From contig OZ059895.1 in assembly GCA_964057225.1 (NCBI GenBank), positions 11,284,001-11,348,000 on the forward strand: a DNA stretch of 64,000 nucleotides, written 5' to 3'. Of the stretch, positions 27,779 to 42,087 are shown in pieces; within the stretch, counting starts at the first letter, position 1; every line of letters begins with the position of its first letter. Both the position numbers and the translations under genes were made by a program. The notes under the pieces are model-generated. The model saw nothing but the letters and a program-made list of their open reading frames with translations, searched no databases and was not told the origin of the DNA. The DNA is from Auanema rhodensis. Taxonomy: Eukaryota; Animalia; Nematoda.

Positions 27779-30700
27779 ATGTTTTCAATTTTCAAGCAGT
27801 TTTACTCAGATAGCTTAACCCAAGGCAGCAAATTATCTTCAATATTATTTCTATCTTACAGTTATAAACCAATAGTTAATGAACCATCATCTTACCTTTA
27901 CTGTTTCTATCTATTTCCTATCGAAAGCAACTTTGTTCAAACACTATACAACTGTGAAACCTTTTTTAATTTCTTGTATTTGGAGCTCATAAGATTTGAT
28001 ATCATCGAGGGATCCAGATAGAACGTGGAAAATTACATAACTAACATGAAATTGGGAAAAAATTATAACGAGGATAAGTATGTAAATCATTGAATATCAG
28101 ATATTTTTGCTTACAACTATACCACGTTGTAAGTACGCCATGCCGCTGATTTTCAATTTTAACTCTTTTTTAACAAATGTTTTCAATTTTCAAGCAGTTT
28201 TACTTAGATAGCTCAACCCAAGGCAGCAAATTATCTTCAATCTTATTTCTATCTTACAGATATAAACCAGTAGTTAATGAACCATCATCTTACCTTAACT
28301 ATTTCTATCTATTTCTTATCGAAACCAACTTTGTTCAAAAACTATACAACTGTGAAACCTTTTTTAATTTCTTGTATTTGGAGCTCATAAGTTTTGATAT
28401 CATCGAGGGATCCAGATAGAACGTGGAAAATTACATAACTAACATGAAATTGGAAAAAACTATAACGAGGATAAGTATGTGAATCATTGAATATCAAATA
28501 TTTTCGCTTAGGACCATACCACGTTGAAAGTACGCCATGCCGCTGATTTTCAATTTTAACTCTTTTGTAACAAATGTTTTCAATTTTCAAGCAGTTTTAC
28601 TCAGATAGCTTAACCCAAGGCAGCAAATTATCTTCAATATTATTTCTATCTTACAGTTATAAACCAATAGTTAATGAACCATCATCTTACCTTTACTGTT
28701 TCTATCTATTTCCTATCGAAAGCAACTTTGTTCAAACACTATACAACTGTGAAACCTTTTTTAATTTCTTGTATTTGGAGCTCATAAGATTTGATATCAT
28801 CGAGGGATCCAGATAGAACGTGGAAAATTACATAACTAACATGAAATTGGGAAAAAATTATAACGAGGATAAGTATGTAAATCATTGAATATCAGATATT
28901 TTTGCTTACAACTATACCACGTTGTAAGTACGCCATGCCGCTGATTTTCAATTTTAACTCTTTTTTAACAAATGTTTTCAATTTTCAAGCAGTTTTACTT
29001 AGATAGCTCAACCCAAGGCAGCAAATTATCTTCAATCTTATTTCTATCTTACAGATATAAACCAGTAGTTAATGAACCATCATCTTACCTTTACAATTTC
29101 TATCTATTTCCTATCGAAACCAACTTTGTTCAAAAACTATACAACTGTGAAACCTTTTTTAATTTCTTTTATTTGGAGCTCATAAGATTTGATATCATTG
29201 AGGGATCCAGATAGAACATGGAAAATTACATAACTAACATGAAATTGGAAAAAAATTATAACGAGGATAAGAATGTAATTCATTGAATATCAGATATTTT
29301 CGCTTAGGACCATACCACGTTGAAAGTACGCCATGCCGCTGATTTTCAATTTTAACTCTTTTGTAACGAATGTTTTCAATTTTCAAGCAGTTTTACTCAG
29401 ATAGCTTAACCCAAGGCAGCAAATTATCTTCAATATTATTTCTATCTTACAGTTATAAACCAATAGTTAATGAACCATCATCTTACCTTTACTGTTTCTA
29501 TCTATTTCCTATCGAAAGCAACTTTGTTCAAACACTATACAACTGTGAAACCTTTTTTAATTTCTTGTATTTGGAGCTCATAAGATTTGATATCATTGAG
29601 GGATACAGATAGAACGTGGAAAATTACGTAACTAACATGAAATTGGAAAAAACTATAACGAGGATAAGTATGTGAATCATTGAATATCAGATATTTTCGC
29701 TTAGGACCATACCACGTTGAAAGTACGCCATGCCGCTGATTTTCAATTTTAACTCTTTTGTAACAAATGTTTTCAATTTTCAAGCAGTTTTACTCAGATA
29801 GCTTAACCCAAGGCAGCAAATTATCTTCAATATTATTTCTATCTTACAGTTATAAACCAATAGTTAATGAACCATCATCTTACCTTTACTGTTTCTATCT
29901 ATTTCCTATCGAAAGCAACTTTGTTCAAACACTATACAACTGTGAAACCTTTTTTAATTTCTTGTATTTGGAGCTCATAAGATTTGATATCATTGAGGGA
30001 TACAGATAGAACGTTGAAAATTACAAAACTAACATGAAATTGGGAAAAAATTATAACGAGGATAAGTATGCAAAACATTGAATATCAGATATTTTCGCTT
30101 AGGACCATACCACGTTGAAAGTACGCCATGCCGCTGATTTTCAATTTTAACTCTTCTGTAACAAATGTTTTCAATTTTCAAGCAGTTTTACTCAGATAGC
30201 TTAACCCAAGGCAGCAAATTATCTTCAATATTATTTCTATCTTACAGTTATAAACCAATAGTTAATGAACCATCATCTTACCTTTACTGTTTCTATCTAT
30301 TTCCTATCGAAAGCAACTTTGTTCAAACACTATACAACTGTGAAACCTTTTTTAATTTCTTGTATTTGGAGCTCATAAGATTTGATATCATTGAGGGATA
30401 CAGATAGAACGTTGAAAATTACAAAACTAACATGAAATTGGGAAAAAATTATAACGAGGATAAGTATGCAAAACATTGAATATCAGATATTTTCGCTTAG
30501 GACCATACCACGTTGAAAGTACGCCATGCCGCTGATTTTCAATTTTAACTCTTCTGTAACAAATGTTTTCAATTTTCAAGCAGTTTTACTCAGATAGCTT
30601 AACCCAAGGCAGCAAATTATCTTCAATATTATTTCTATCTTACAGTTATAAACCAATAGTTAATGAACCATCATCTTACCTTTACTGTTTCTATCTATTT

Positions 30701-33700
30701 CCTATCAAAAGCAACTTTGTTCAAACACTATACAACTGTGAAACCTTTTTTAATTTCTTGTATTTGGAGCTCATAAGATTTGATATCATCGAGGGATCCA
30801 GATAGAACGTGGAAAATTACATAACTAACATGAAATTGGGAAAAAATTATAACGAGGATAAGTATGTAAATCATTGAATATCAGATATTTTTGCTTACAA
30901 CTATACCACGTTGTAAGTACGCCATGCCGCTGATTTTCAATTTTAACTCTTTTTTAACAAATGTTTTCAATTTTCAAGCAGTTTTACTTAGATAGCTCAA
31001 CCCAAGGCAGCAAATTATCTTCAATATTATTTCTATCTTACAGTTATAAACCAATAGTTAATGAACCATCATCTTACCTTTACTGTTTCTATCTATTTCC
31101 TATCGAAAGCAACTTTGTTCAAAAACTATACAACTGTGAAACCTTTTTTAATTTCTTGTATTTGGAGCTCATAAGATTTGATATCATTGAGGGATCCAGA
31201 TAGAACGTGGAAAATTACGTAACTAACATGAAATTGGAAAAAACTATAACGAGGATAAGTATGTGAATCATTGAATATCAGATATTTTCGCTTAGGACCA
31301 TACCACGTTGAAAGTACGCCATGCCGCTGATTTTCAATTTTAACTCTTTTGTAACAAATGTTTTCAATTTTCAAGCAGTTTTACTCAGATAGCTTAACCC
31401 AAGGCAGCAAATTATCTTCAATATTATTTCTATCTTACAGTTATAAACGAATAGTTAATGAACCATCATCTTTCCTTTACTGTTTCTATCTATTTCCTAT
31501 CGAAAGCAACTTTGTTCAAACAATATACAACTGTGAAACCTTTTTTAATTTCTTGTATTTGGAGCTCATAAGATTTGATATCATTGAGGGATCCAGATAG
31601 AACGTGGAAAATTACGTAACTAACATGAAATTGGAAAAAACTATAACGAGGATAAGTATGTGAATCATTGAATATCAAATATTTTCGCTTAGGACCATAC
31701 CACGTTGAAAGTACGCCATGCCGCTGATTTTCAATTTTAACTCTTTTGTAACAAATGTTTTCAATTTTCAAGCAGTTTTACTCAGATAGCTTAACCCAAG
31801 GCAGCAAATTATCTTCAATATTATTTCTATCTTACAGTTATAAACCAATAGTTAATGAACCATCATCTTACCTTTACTGTTTCTATCTATTTCCTATCGA
31901 AAGCAACTTTGTTCAAACACTATACAACTGTGAAACCTTTTTTAATTTCTTGTATTTGGAGCTCATAAGATTTGATATCATCGAGGGATCCAGATAGAAC
32001 GTGGAAAATTACATAACTAACATGAAATTGGGAAAAAATTATAACGAGGATAAGTATGTAAATCATTGAATATCAGATATTTTTGCTTACAACTATACCA
32101 CGTTGTAAGTACGCCATGCCGCTGATTTTCAATTTTAACTCTTTTTTAACAAATGTTTTCAATTTTCAAGCAGTTTTACTTAGATAGCTCAACCCAAGGC
32201 AGCAAATTATCTTCAATCTTATTTCTATCTTACAGATATAAACCAGTAGTTAATGAACCATCATCTTACCTTAACTATTTCTATCTATTTCTTATCGAAA
32301 CCAACTTTGTTCAAAAACTATACAACTGTGAAACCTTTTTTAATTTCTTGTATTTGGAGCTCATAAGTTTTGATATCATCGAGGGATCCAGATAGAACGT
32401 GGAAAATTACATAACTAACATGAAATTGGAAAAAACTATAACGAGGATAAGTATGTGAATCATTGAATATCAAATATTTTCGCTTAGGACCATACCACGT
32501 TGAAAGTACGCCATGCCGCTGATTTTCAATTTTAACTCTTTTGTAACAAATGTTTTCAATTTTCAAGCAGTTTTACTCAGATAGCTTAACCCAAGGCAGC
32601 AAATTATCTTCAATATTATTTCTATCTTACAGTTATAAACCAATAGTTAATGAACCATCATCTTACCTTTACTGTTTCTATCTATTTCCTATCGAAAGCA
32701 ACTTTGTTCAAACACTATGCAACTGTGAAACCTTTTTCAATTTCTTGTATTTGGAGCTCATAAGATTTGATATCATCGAGGGATCCAGATAGAACGTGGA
32801 AAATTACATAACTAACATGAAATTGGGAAAAAATTATAACGAGGATAAGTATGTAAATCATTGAATATCAGATATTTTTGCTTACAACTATACCACGTTG
32901 TAAGTACGCCATGCCGCTGATTTTCAATTTTAACTCTTTTTTAACAAATGTTTTCAATTTTCAAGCAGTTTTACTTAGATAGCTCAACCCAAGGCAGCAA
33001 ATTATCTTCAATCTTATTTCTATCTTACAGATATAAACCAGTAGTTAATGAACCATCATCTTACCTTTACAGTTTCTATCTATTTCCTATCGAAACCAAC
33101 TTTGTTCAAAAACTATACAACTGTGAAACCTTTTTTAATTTCTTTTATTTGGAGCTCATAAGATTTGATATCATTGAGGGATCCAGATAGAACATGGAAA
33201 ATTACATAACTAACATGAAATTGGGAAAAAATTATAACGAGGATAAGAATGTAATTCATTGAATATCAGATATTTTCGCTTAGGACCATACCACGTTGAA
33301 AGTACGCCATGCCGCTGATTTTCAATTTTAACTCTTTTGTAACGAATGTTTTCAATTTTCAAGCAGTTTTACTCAGATAGCTTAACCCAAGGCAGCAAAT
33401 TATCTTCAATATTATTTCTATCTTACAGTTATAAACCAATAGTTAATGAACCATCATCTTACCTTTACTGTTTCTATCTATTTCCTATCGAAAGCAACTT
33501 TGTTCAAACACTATACAACTGTGAAACCTTTTTTAATTTCTTGTATTTGGAGCTCATAAGATTTGATATCATTGAGGGATACAGATAGAACGTGGAAAAT
33601 TACGTAACTAACATGAAATTGGAAAAAACTATAACGAGGATAAGTATGTGAATCATTGAATATCAGATATTTTCGCTTAGGACCATACCACGTTGAAAGT

Positions 33701-33742
33701 ACGCCATGCCGCTGATTTTCAATTTTAACTCTTTTGTAACAA
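27382..33742 (+). repeat. 10-monomer periodicity (~3976 bp)
   Basis: Monomers 27382/31358 share tctttcc, 28177/32153 share ccttaactat and tcttatcg, 28972/32948 share ttctttt, and 29370/33346 share ggatac. Confidence 0.85.
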
Positions 33743-35330
33743 ATGTTTTCAATTTTCAAGCAGTTTTACTCAGATAGCTTAACCCAAGGCAGCAAATTAT
33801 CTTCAATATTATTTCTATCTTACAGTTATAAACCAATAGTTAATGAACCATCATCTTACCTTTACTGTTTCTATCTATTTCCTATCGAAAGCAACTTTGT
33901 TCAAACACTATACAACTGTGAAACCTTTTTTAATTTCTTGTATTTGGAGCTCATAAGATTTGATATCATCGAGGGATCCAGATAGAACGTGGAAAATTAC
34001 ATAACTAACATGAAATTGGAAAAAACTATAACGAGGATAAGTATGTGAATCATTGAATATCAGATGTTTTTGCTTAGGACCATACCACGTTGAAAGTACG
34101 CCATGCCGCTGATTTTCAATTTTAACTCTTTTGTAACAAATGTTTTCAATTTTCAAGCAGTTTTATTCAGATAGCTTAACCCAAGGCAGCAAATTATCTT
34201 CAATATTATTTCTATCTTACAGTTATAAACCAATAGTTAATGAACCATCATCTTATCTTTACTGTTTCTATCTATTTCCTATCGAAAGCAACTTTGTTCA
34301 AAAACTATACAACTGTGAAACCTTTTTTAATTTCTTGTATTTGGAGCTCATAAGATTTGATATCATTGAGGGATCCAGATAGAACGTGGAAAATTACGTA
34401 ACTAACATGAAATTGGAAAAAACTATAACGAGGACAAGTATGTGAATCATTGAATATCAGATATTTTCGCTTAGGACCATACCACGTTGAAAGTACGCCA
34501 TGCCGCTAATTTTCAATTTTAACTCTTTTGTAACAAATGTTTCCAATTTGCAAGCAGTTTTACTCAGATAGCTTAACCCAAGGCAGCAAATTATCTTCAA
34601 TATTATTTCTATCTTACAGTTATAAACCAATAGTTAATGAACTATCATCTTACCTTTACTGTTTCTATCTATTTCCTATCGAAAGCAACTTTGTTCAAAC
34701 ACTATACAACTGTGAAACCTTTTTTAATTTCTTGTGTTTGGAGCTCATAAGATTTGATATCATCGAGGGATCCAGATAGAACGTGGAAAATTACATAACT
34801 AACATGAAATTGGAAAAAACTATAACGAGGATAAGTATGTGAATCATTGAATATCAGATATTTTTGCTTAGGACCATACCACGTTGAAAGTACGCCATGT
34901 CGCTGATTTTCAATTTTAACTCTTTTGTAACGAATGTTTTCAATTTTCAAGCAGTTTTACTCAGATAACTTAACCCAAGGCAGCAAATTATCTTCAATAT
35001 TATTTCTATCTTACAGTTATAAACGAATAGTTAATGAACCATCATCTTACCTTTACTGTTTCTATCTATTTCCTATCGAAAGCAACTTTGTTCAAACACT
35101 ATACAACTGTGAAACCTTTTTTAATTTCTTGTATTTGGAGCTCATAAGATTTGATATCATTGAGGGATCCAGATAGAACGTGGAAAATTACGTAACTAAC
35201 ATGAAATTGGAAAAAACTATGACGAGGATAAGTATGTGAATCATTGAATATCAAATATTTTCGCTTAGGACCATACCACGTTGAAAGTACGCCATGCCGC
35301 TGATTTTCAATTTTAACTCTTTTGTAACAA

Positions 35331-38300
35331 ATGTTTTCAATTTTCAAGCAGTTTTACTCAGATAGCTTAACCCAAGGCAGCAAATTATCTTCAATATTAT
35401 TTCTATCTTACAGTTATAAACCAATAGTTAATGAACCATCATCTTACCTTTACTGTTTCTATCTATTTCCTATCGAAAGCAACTTTGTTCAAACACTATA
35501 CAACTGTGAAACCTTTTTTAATTTCTTGTATTTGGAGCTCATAAGATTTGATATCATCGAGGGATCCAGATAGAACGTGGAAAATTACATAACTAACATG
35601 AAATTGGGAAAAAATTATAACGAGGATAAGTATGTAAATCATTGAATATCAGATATTTTTGCTTACAACTATACCACGTTGTAAGTACGCCATGCCGCTG
35701 ATTTTCAATTTTAACTCTTTTTTAACAAATGTTTTCAATTTTCAAGCAGTTTTACTTAGATAGCTCAACCCAAGGCAGCAAATTATCTTCAATTTTATTT
35801 CTATCTTACAGATATAAACCAGTAGTTAATGAACCATCATCTTACCTTTACTATTTCTATCTATTTCCTATCGAAACCAACTTTGTTCAAAAACTATACA
35901 ACTGTGAAACCTTTTTTAATTTCTTGTATTTGGAGCTCATAAGTTTTGATATCATCGAGGGATCCAGATAGAACGTGGAAAATTACATAACTAACATGAA
36001 ATTGGAAAAAACTATAACGAGGATAAGTATGTGAATCATTGAATATCAGATATTTTTGCTTAGGACCATACCACGTTGAAAGTACGCCATGTCGCTGATT
36101 TTCAATTTTAACTCTTTTGTAACGAATGTTTTCAATTTTCAAGCAGTTTTACTCAGATAGCTTAACCCAAGGCAGCAAATTATCTTCAATATTATTTCGA
36201 TCTTACAGTTATAAACGAATAGTTAATGAACCATCATCTTACCTTTACTGTTTCTATCTATTTCCTATCGAAAGCAACTTTGTTCAAACACTATACAACT
36301 GTGAAACCTTTTTTAATTTCTTGTATTTGGAGCTCAAAAGATTTGATATCATTGAGGGATCCAGATAGAACGTGGAAAATTACATAACTAACATGAAATT
36401 GGAAAAAACTATAACGAGGATAAGTATGTGAATCATTGAATATCAGATATTTTTGCTTACAACTATACCACGTTGTAAGTACGCCATGCCGCTGATTTTC
36501 AATTTTAACTCTTTTTTAACAAATGTTTTCAATTTTCAAGCAGTTTTACTTAGATAGCTCAACCCAAGGCAGCAAATTATCTTCGATCTTATTTCTATCT
36601 TATAGATATAAACCAGTAGTTAATGAACCATCATCTTACCTTTACTATTTCTATCTATTTCCTATCGAAACCAACTTTGTTCAAAAACTATACAACTGTG
36701 AAACCTTTTTTAATTTTTTGTATTTGGAGCTCAAAAGATTTGATATCATCGAGGGATCCAGATAGAACGTGGAAAATTACATAACTAACATGAAATTGGA
36801 AAAAACTATAACGAGGATAAGTATGTGAATCATTGAATATCAGATATTTTTGCTTAGGACCATACCACGTTGAAAGTACGCCATGTCGCTGATTTTCAAT
36901 TTTAACTCTTTTGTAACGAATGTTTTCAATTTTCAAGCAGTTTTACTCAGATAGCTTAACCCAAGGCAGCAAATTATCTTCAATATTATTTCTATCTTAC
37001 AGTTATAAACCAATAGTTAATGAACCATCATCTTACCTTTACTGTTTCTATCTATTTCCTATCGAAAGCAACTTTGTTCAAACACTATACAACTGTGAAA
37101 CCTTTTTTAATTTCTTGTATTTGGAGCTCAAAAGATTTGATATCATTGAGGGATCCAGAAAGAACGTGGAAAATTACATAACTAACATGAAATTGGGAAA
37201 AAATTATAACGAGGATAAGTATGTAAATCATTGAATATCAGATATTTTTGCTTACAACTATACCACGTTGTAAGTACGCCATGCCGCTGATTTTCAATTT
37301 TAACTCTTTTGTAACAAATGTTTTCAATTTTCAAGCAGTTTTACTCAGATAGCTTAACCCAAGGCAGCAAATTATCTTCAATATTAATTCTATCTTACAG
37401 TTATAAACGAATAGTTAATGAACCATCATCTTACCTTTACTGTTTCTATCTATTTCCTATCGAAAGCAACTTTGTTCAAACACTATACAACTGTGAAACC
37501 TTTTTTAATTTCTTGTATTTGGAGCTCAAAAGATTTGATATCATCGAGGGATCCAGATAGAACGTGGAAAATTACATAACTAACATGAAATTGGAAAAAA
37601 CTATAACGAGGATAAGTATGTGAATCATTGAATATCAGATATTTTTGCTTAGGACCATACCACGTTGAAAGTACGCCATGTCGCTGATTTTCAATTTTAA
37701 CTCTTTTGTAACGAATGTTTTCAATTTTCAAGCAGTTTTACTCAGATAGCTTAACCCAAGGCAGCAAATTATCTTCAATATTATTTCTATCTTACAGTTA
37801 TAAACCAATAGTTAATGAACCATCATCTTACCTTTACTGTTTCTATCTATTTCCTATCGAAAGCAACTTTGTTCAAACACTATACAACTGTGAAACCTTT
37901 TTTAATTTCTTGTATTTGGAGCTCAAAAGATTTGATATCATTGAGGGATCCAGAAAGAACGTGGAAAATTACATAACTAACATGAAATTGGGAAAAAATT
38001 ATAACGAGGATAAGTATGTAAATCATTGAATATCAGATATTTTTGCTTACAACTATACCACGTTGTAAGTACGCCATGCCGCTGATTTTCAATTTTAACT
38101 CTTTTGTAACAAATGTTTTCAATTTTCAAGCAGTTTTACTCAGATAGCTTAACCCAAGGCAGCAAATTATCTTCAATATTAATTCTATCTTACAGTTATA
38201 AACGAATAGTTAATGAACCATCATCTTACCTTTACTGTTTCTATCTATTTCCTATCGAAAGCAACTTTGTTCAAACACTATACAACTGTGAAACCTTTTT

Positions 38301-41300
38301 TAATTTCTTGTATTTGGAGCTCATAAGTTTTGATATCATCGAGGGATCCAGATAGAACGTGGAAAATTACATAACTAACATGAAATTGGAAAAAACTATA
38401 ACGAGGATAAGTATGTGAATCATTGAATATCAAATATTTTCGCTTAGGACCATACCACGTTGAAAGTACGCCATGCCGCTGATTTTCAATTTTAACTCTT
38501 TTGTAACAAATGTTTTCAATTTTCAAGCAGTTTTACTCAGATAGCTTAACCCAAGGCAGCAAATTATCTTCAATATTATTTCTATCTTACAGTTATAAAC
38601 CAATAGTTAATGAACCATCATCTTACCTTTACTGTTTCTATCTATTTCCTATCGAAAGCAACTTTGTTCAAACACTATACAACTGTGAAACCTTTTTTAA
38701 TTTCTTGTATTTGGAGCTCATAAGATTTGATATCATCGAGGGATCCAGATAGAACGTGGAAAATTACATAACTAACATGAAATTGGGAAAAAATTATAAC
38801 GAGGATAAGTATGTAAATCATTGAATATCAGATATTTTTGCTTACAACTATACCACGTTGTAAGTACGCCATGCCGCTGATTTTCAATTTTAACTCTTTT
38901 TTAACAAATGTTTTCAATTTTCAAGCAGTTTTACTTAGATAGCTCAACCCAAGGCAGCAAATTATCTTCAATCTTATTTCTATCTTACAGATATAAACCA
39001 GTAGTTAATGAACCATCATCTTACCTTTACTATTTCTATCTATTTCCTATCGAAACCAACTTTGTTCAAAAACTATACAACTGTGAAACCTTTTTTAATT
39101 TCTAGTATTTGGAGCTCATAAGTTTTGATATCATCGAGGGATCCAGATAGAACGTGGAAAATTACATAACTAACATGAAATTGGAAAAAACTATAACGAG
39201 GATAAGTATGTGAATCATTGAATATCAGATATTTTTGCTTAGGACCATACCACGTTGAAAGTACGCCATGTCGCTGATTTTCAATTTTAACTCTTTTGTA
39301 ACGAATGTTTTCAATTTTCAAGCAGTTTTACTCAGATAGCTTAACCCAAGGCAGCAAATTATCTTCAATATTATTTCTATCTTACAGTTATAAACGAATA
39401 GTTAATGAACCATCATCTTACCTTTACTGTTTCTATCTATTTCCTATCGAAAGCAACTTTGTTCAAACACTATACAACTGTGAAACCTTTTTTAATTTCT
39501 TGTATTTGGAGCTCAAAAGATTTGATATCATTGAGGGATCCAGATAGAACGTGGAAAATTACATAACTAACATGAAATTGGAAAAAACTATAACGAGGAT
39601 AAGTATGTGAATCATTGAATATCAGATATTTTTGCTTACAACTATACCACGTTGTAAGTACGCCATGCCGCTGATTTTCAATTTTAACTCTTTTTTAACA
39701 AATGTTTTCAATTTTCAAGCAGTTTTACTTAGATAGCTCAACCCAAGGCAGCAAATTATCTTCGATCTTATTTCTATCTTACAGATATAAACCAGTAGTT
39801 AATGAACCATCATCTTACCTTTACTATTTCTATCTATTTCCTATCGAAACCAACTTTGTTCAAAAACTATACAACTGTGAAACCTTTTTTAATTTCTTGT
39901 ATTTGGAGCTCATAAGTTTTGATATCATCGAGGGATCCAGATAGAACGTGGAAAATTACATAACTAACATGAAATTGGAAAAAACTATAACGAGGATAAG
40001 TATGTGAATCATTGAATATCAGATATTTTTGCTTAGGACCATACCACGTTGAAAGTACGCCATGTCGCTGATTTTCAATTTTAACTCTTTTGTAACGAAT
40101 GTTTTCAATTTTCAAGCAGTTTTACTCAGATAGCTTAACCCAAGGCAGCAAATTATCTTCAATATTATTTCTATCTTACAGTTATAAACGAATAGTTAAT
40201 GAACCATCATCTTACCTTTACTGTTTCTATCTATTTCCTATCGAAAGCAACTTTGTTCAAACACTATACAACTGTGAAACCTTTTTTAATTTCTTGTATT
40301 TGGAGCTCAAAAGATTTGATATCATTGAGGAATCCAGAAAGAACGTGGAAAATTACATAACTAACATGAAATTGGGAAAAAATTATAACGAGGATAAGTA
40401 TGTAAATCATTGAATATCAGATATTTTTGCTTACAACTATACCACGTTGTAAGTACGCCATGCCGCTGATTTTCAATTTTAACTCTTTTGTAACAAATGT
40501 TTTCAATTTTCAAGCAGTTTTACTCAGATAGCTTAACCCAAGGCAGCAAATTATCTTCAATATTAATTCTATCTTACAGTTATAAACGAATAGTTAATGA
40601 ACCATCATCTTACCTTTACTGTTTCTATCTATTTCCTATCGAAAGCAACTTTGTTCAAACACTATACAACTGTGAAACCTTTTTTAATTTCTTGTATTTG
40701 GAGCTCATAAGTTTTGATATCATCGAGGGATCCAGATAGAACGTGGAAAATTACATAACTAACATGAAATTGGAAAAAAACTATAACGAGGATAAGTATG
40801 TGAATCATTGAATATCAAATATTTTCGCTTAGGACCATACCACGTTGAAAGTACGCCATGCCGCTGATTTTCAATTTTAACTCTTTTGTAACAAATGTTT
40901 TCAATTTTCAAGCAGTTTTACTCAGATAGCTTAACCCAAGGCAGCAATTTATCTTCAATATTAATTCTATCTTACAGTTATAAACCAATAGTTAATGAAC
41001 CATCATCTTACCTTTACTGTTTCTATCTATTTCCTATCGAAAGCAACTTTGTTCAAACACTATACAACTGTGAAACCTTTTTTAATTTCTTGTATTTGGA
41101 GCTCATAAGATTTGATATCATCGAGGGATCCAGATAGAACGTGGAAAATTACATAACTAACATGAAATTGGGAAAAAATTATAACGAGGATAAGTATGTA
41201 AATCATTGAAAATCAGATATTTTTGCTTACAACTATACCACGTTGTAAGTACGCCATGCCGCTGATTTTTAATTTTAACTCTTTTTTAACAAATGTTTTC

Positions 41301-42087
41301 AATTTTCAAGCAGTTTTACTTAGATAGCTCAACCCAAGGCAGCAAATTATCTTCAATCTTATTTCTATCTTACAGATATAAACCAGTAGTTAATGAACCA
41401 TCATCTTACCTTTACTATTTCTATCTATTTCCTATCGAAACCAACTTTGTTCAAAAACTATACAACTGTGAAACCTTTTTTAATTTCTTGTATTTGGAGC
41501 TCATAAGTTTTGATATCATCGAGGGATCCAGATAGAACGTGGAAAATTACATAACTAACATGAAATTGGAAAAAACTATAACGAGGATAAGTATGTGAAT
41601 CATTGAATATCAGATATTTTTGCTTAGGACCATACCACGTTGAAAGTACGCCATGTCGCTGATTTTCAATTTTAACTCTTTTGTAACGAATGTTTTCAAT
41701 TTTCAAGCAGTTTTACTCAGATAGCTTAACCCAAGGCAGCAAATTATCTTCAATATTATTTCTATCTTACAGTTATAAACGAATAGTTAATGAACCATCA
41801 TCTTACCTTTACTGTTTCTATCTATTTCCTATCGAAAGCAACTTTGTTCAAACACTATACAACTGTGAAACCTTTTTTAATTTCTTGTATTTGGAGCTCA
41901 AAAGATTTGATATCATTGAGGGATCCAGATAGAACGTGGAAAATTACATAACTAACATGAAATTGGGAAAAAATTATAACGAGGATAAGTATGTAAATCA
42001 TTGAATATCAGATATTTTTGCTTACAACTATACCACGTTGTAAGTACGCCATGCCGCTGATTTTCAATTTTAACTCTTTTGTAACGA
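35331..42087 (+). repeat. Higher-order repeat domain with ~8-monomer (3179 bp), 6-monomer (2385 bp) and dimer (795 bp) periods
   Basis: The ccagaaag allele occurs in monomers 36920, 37715 and 40099. Matching monomer types start at 35729, 38908 and 41293, and at 36126/39305. Confidence 0.75.
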
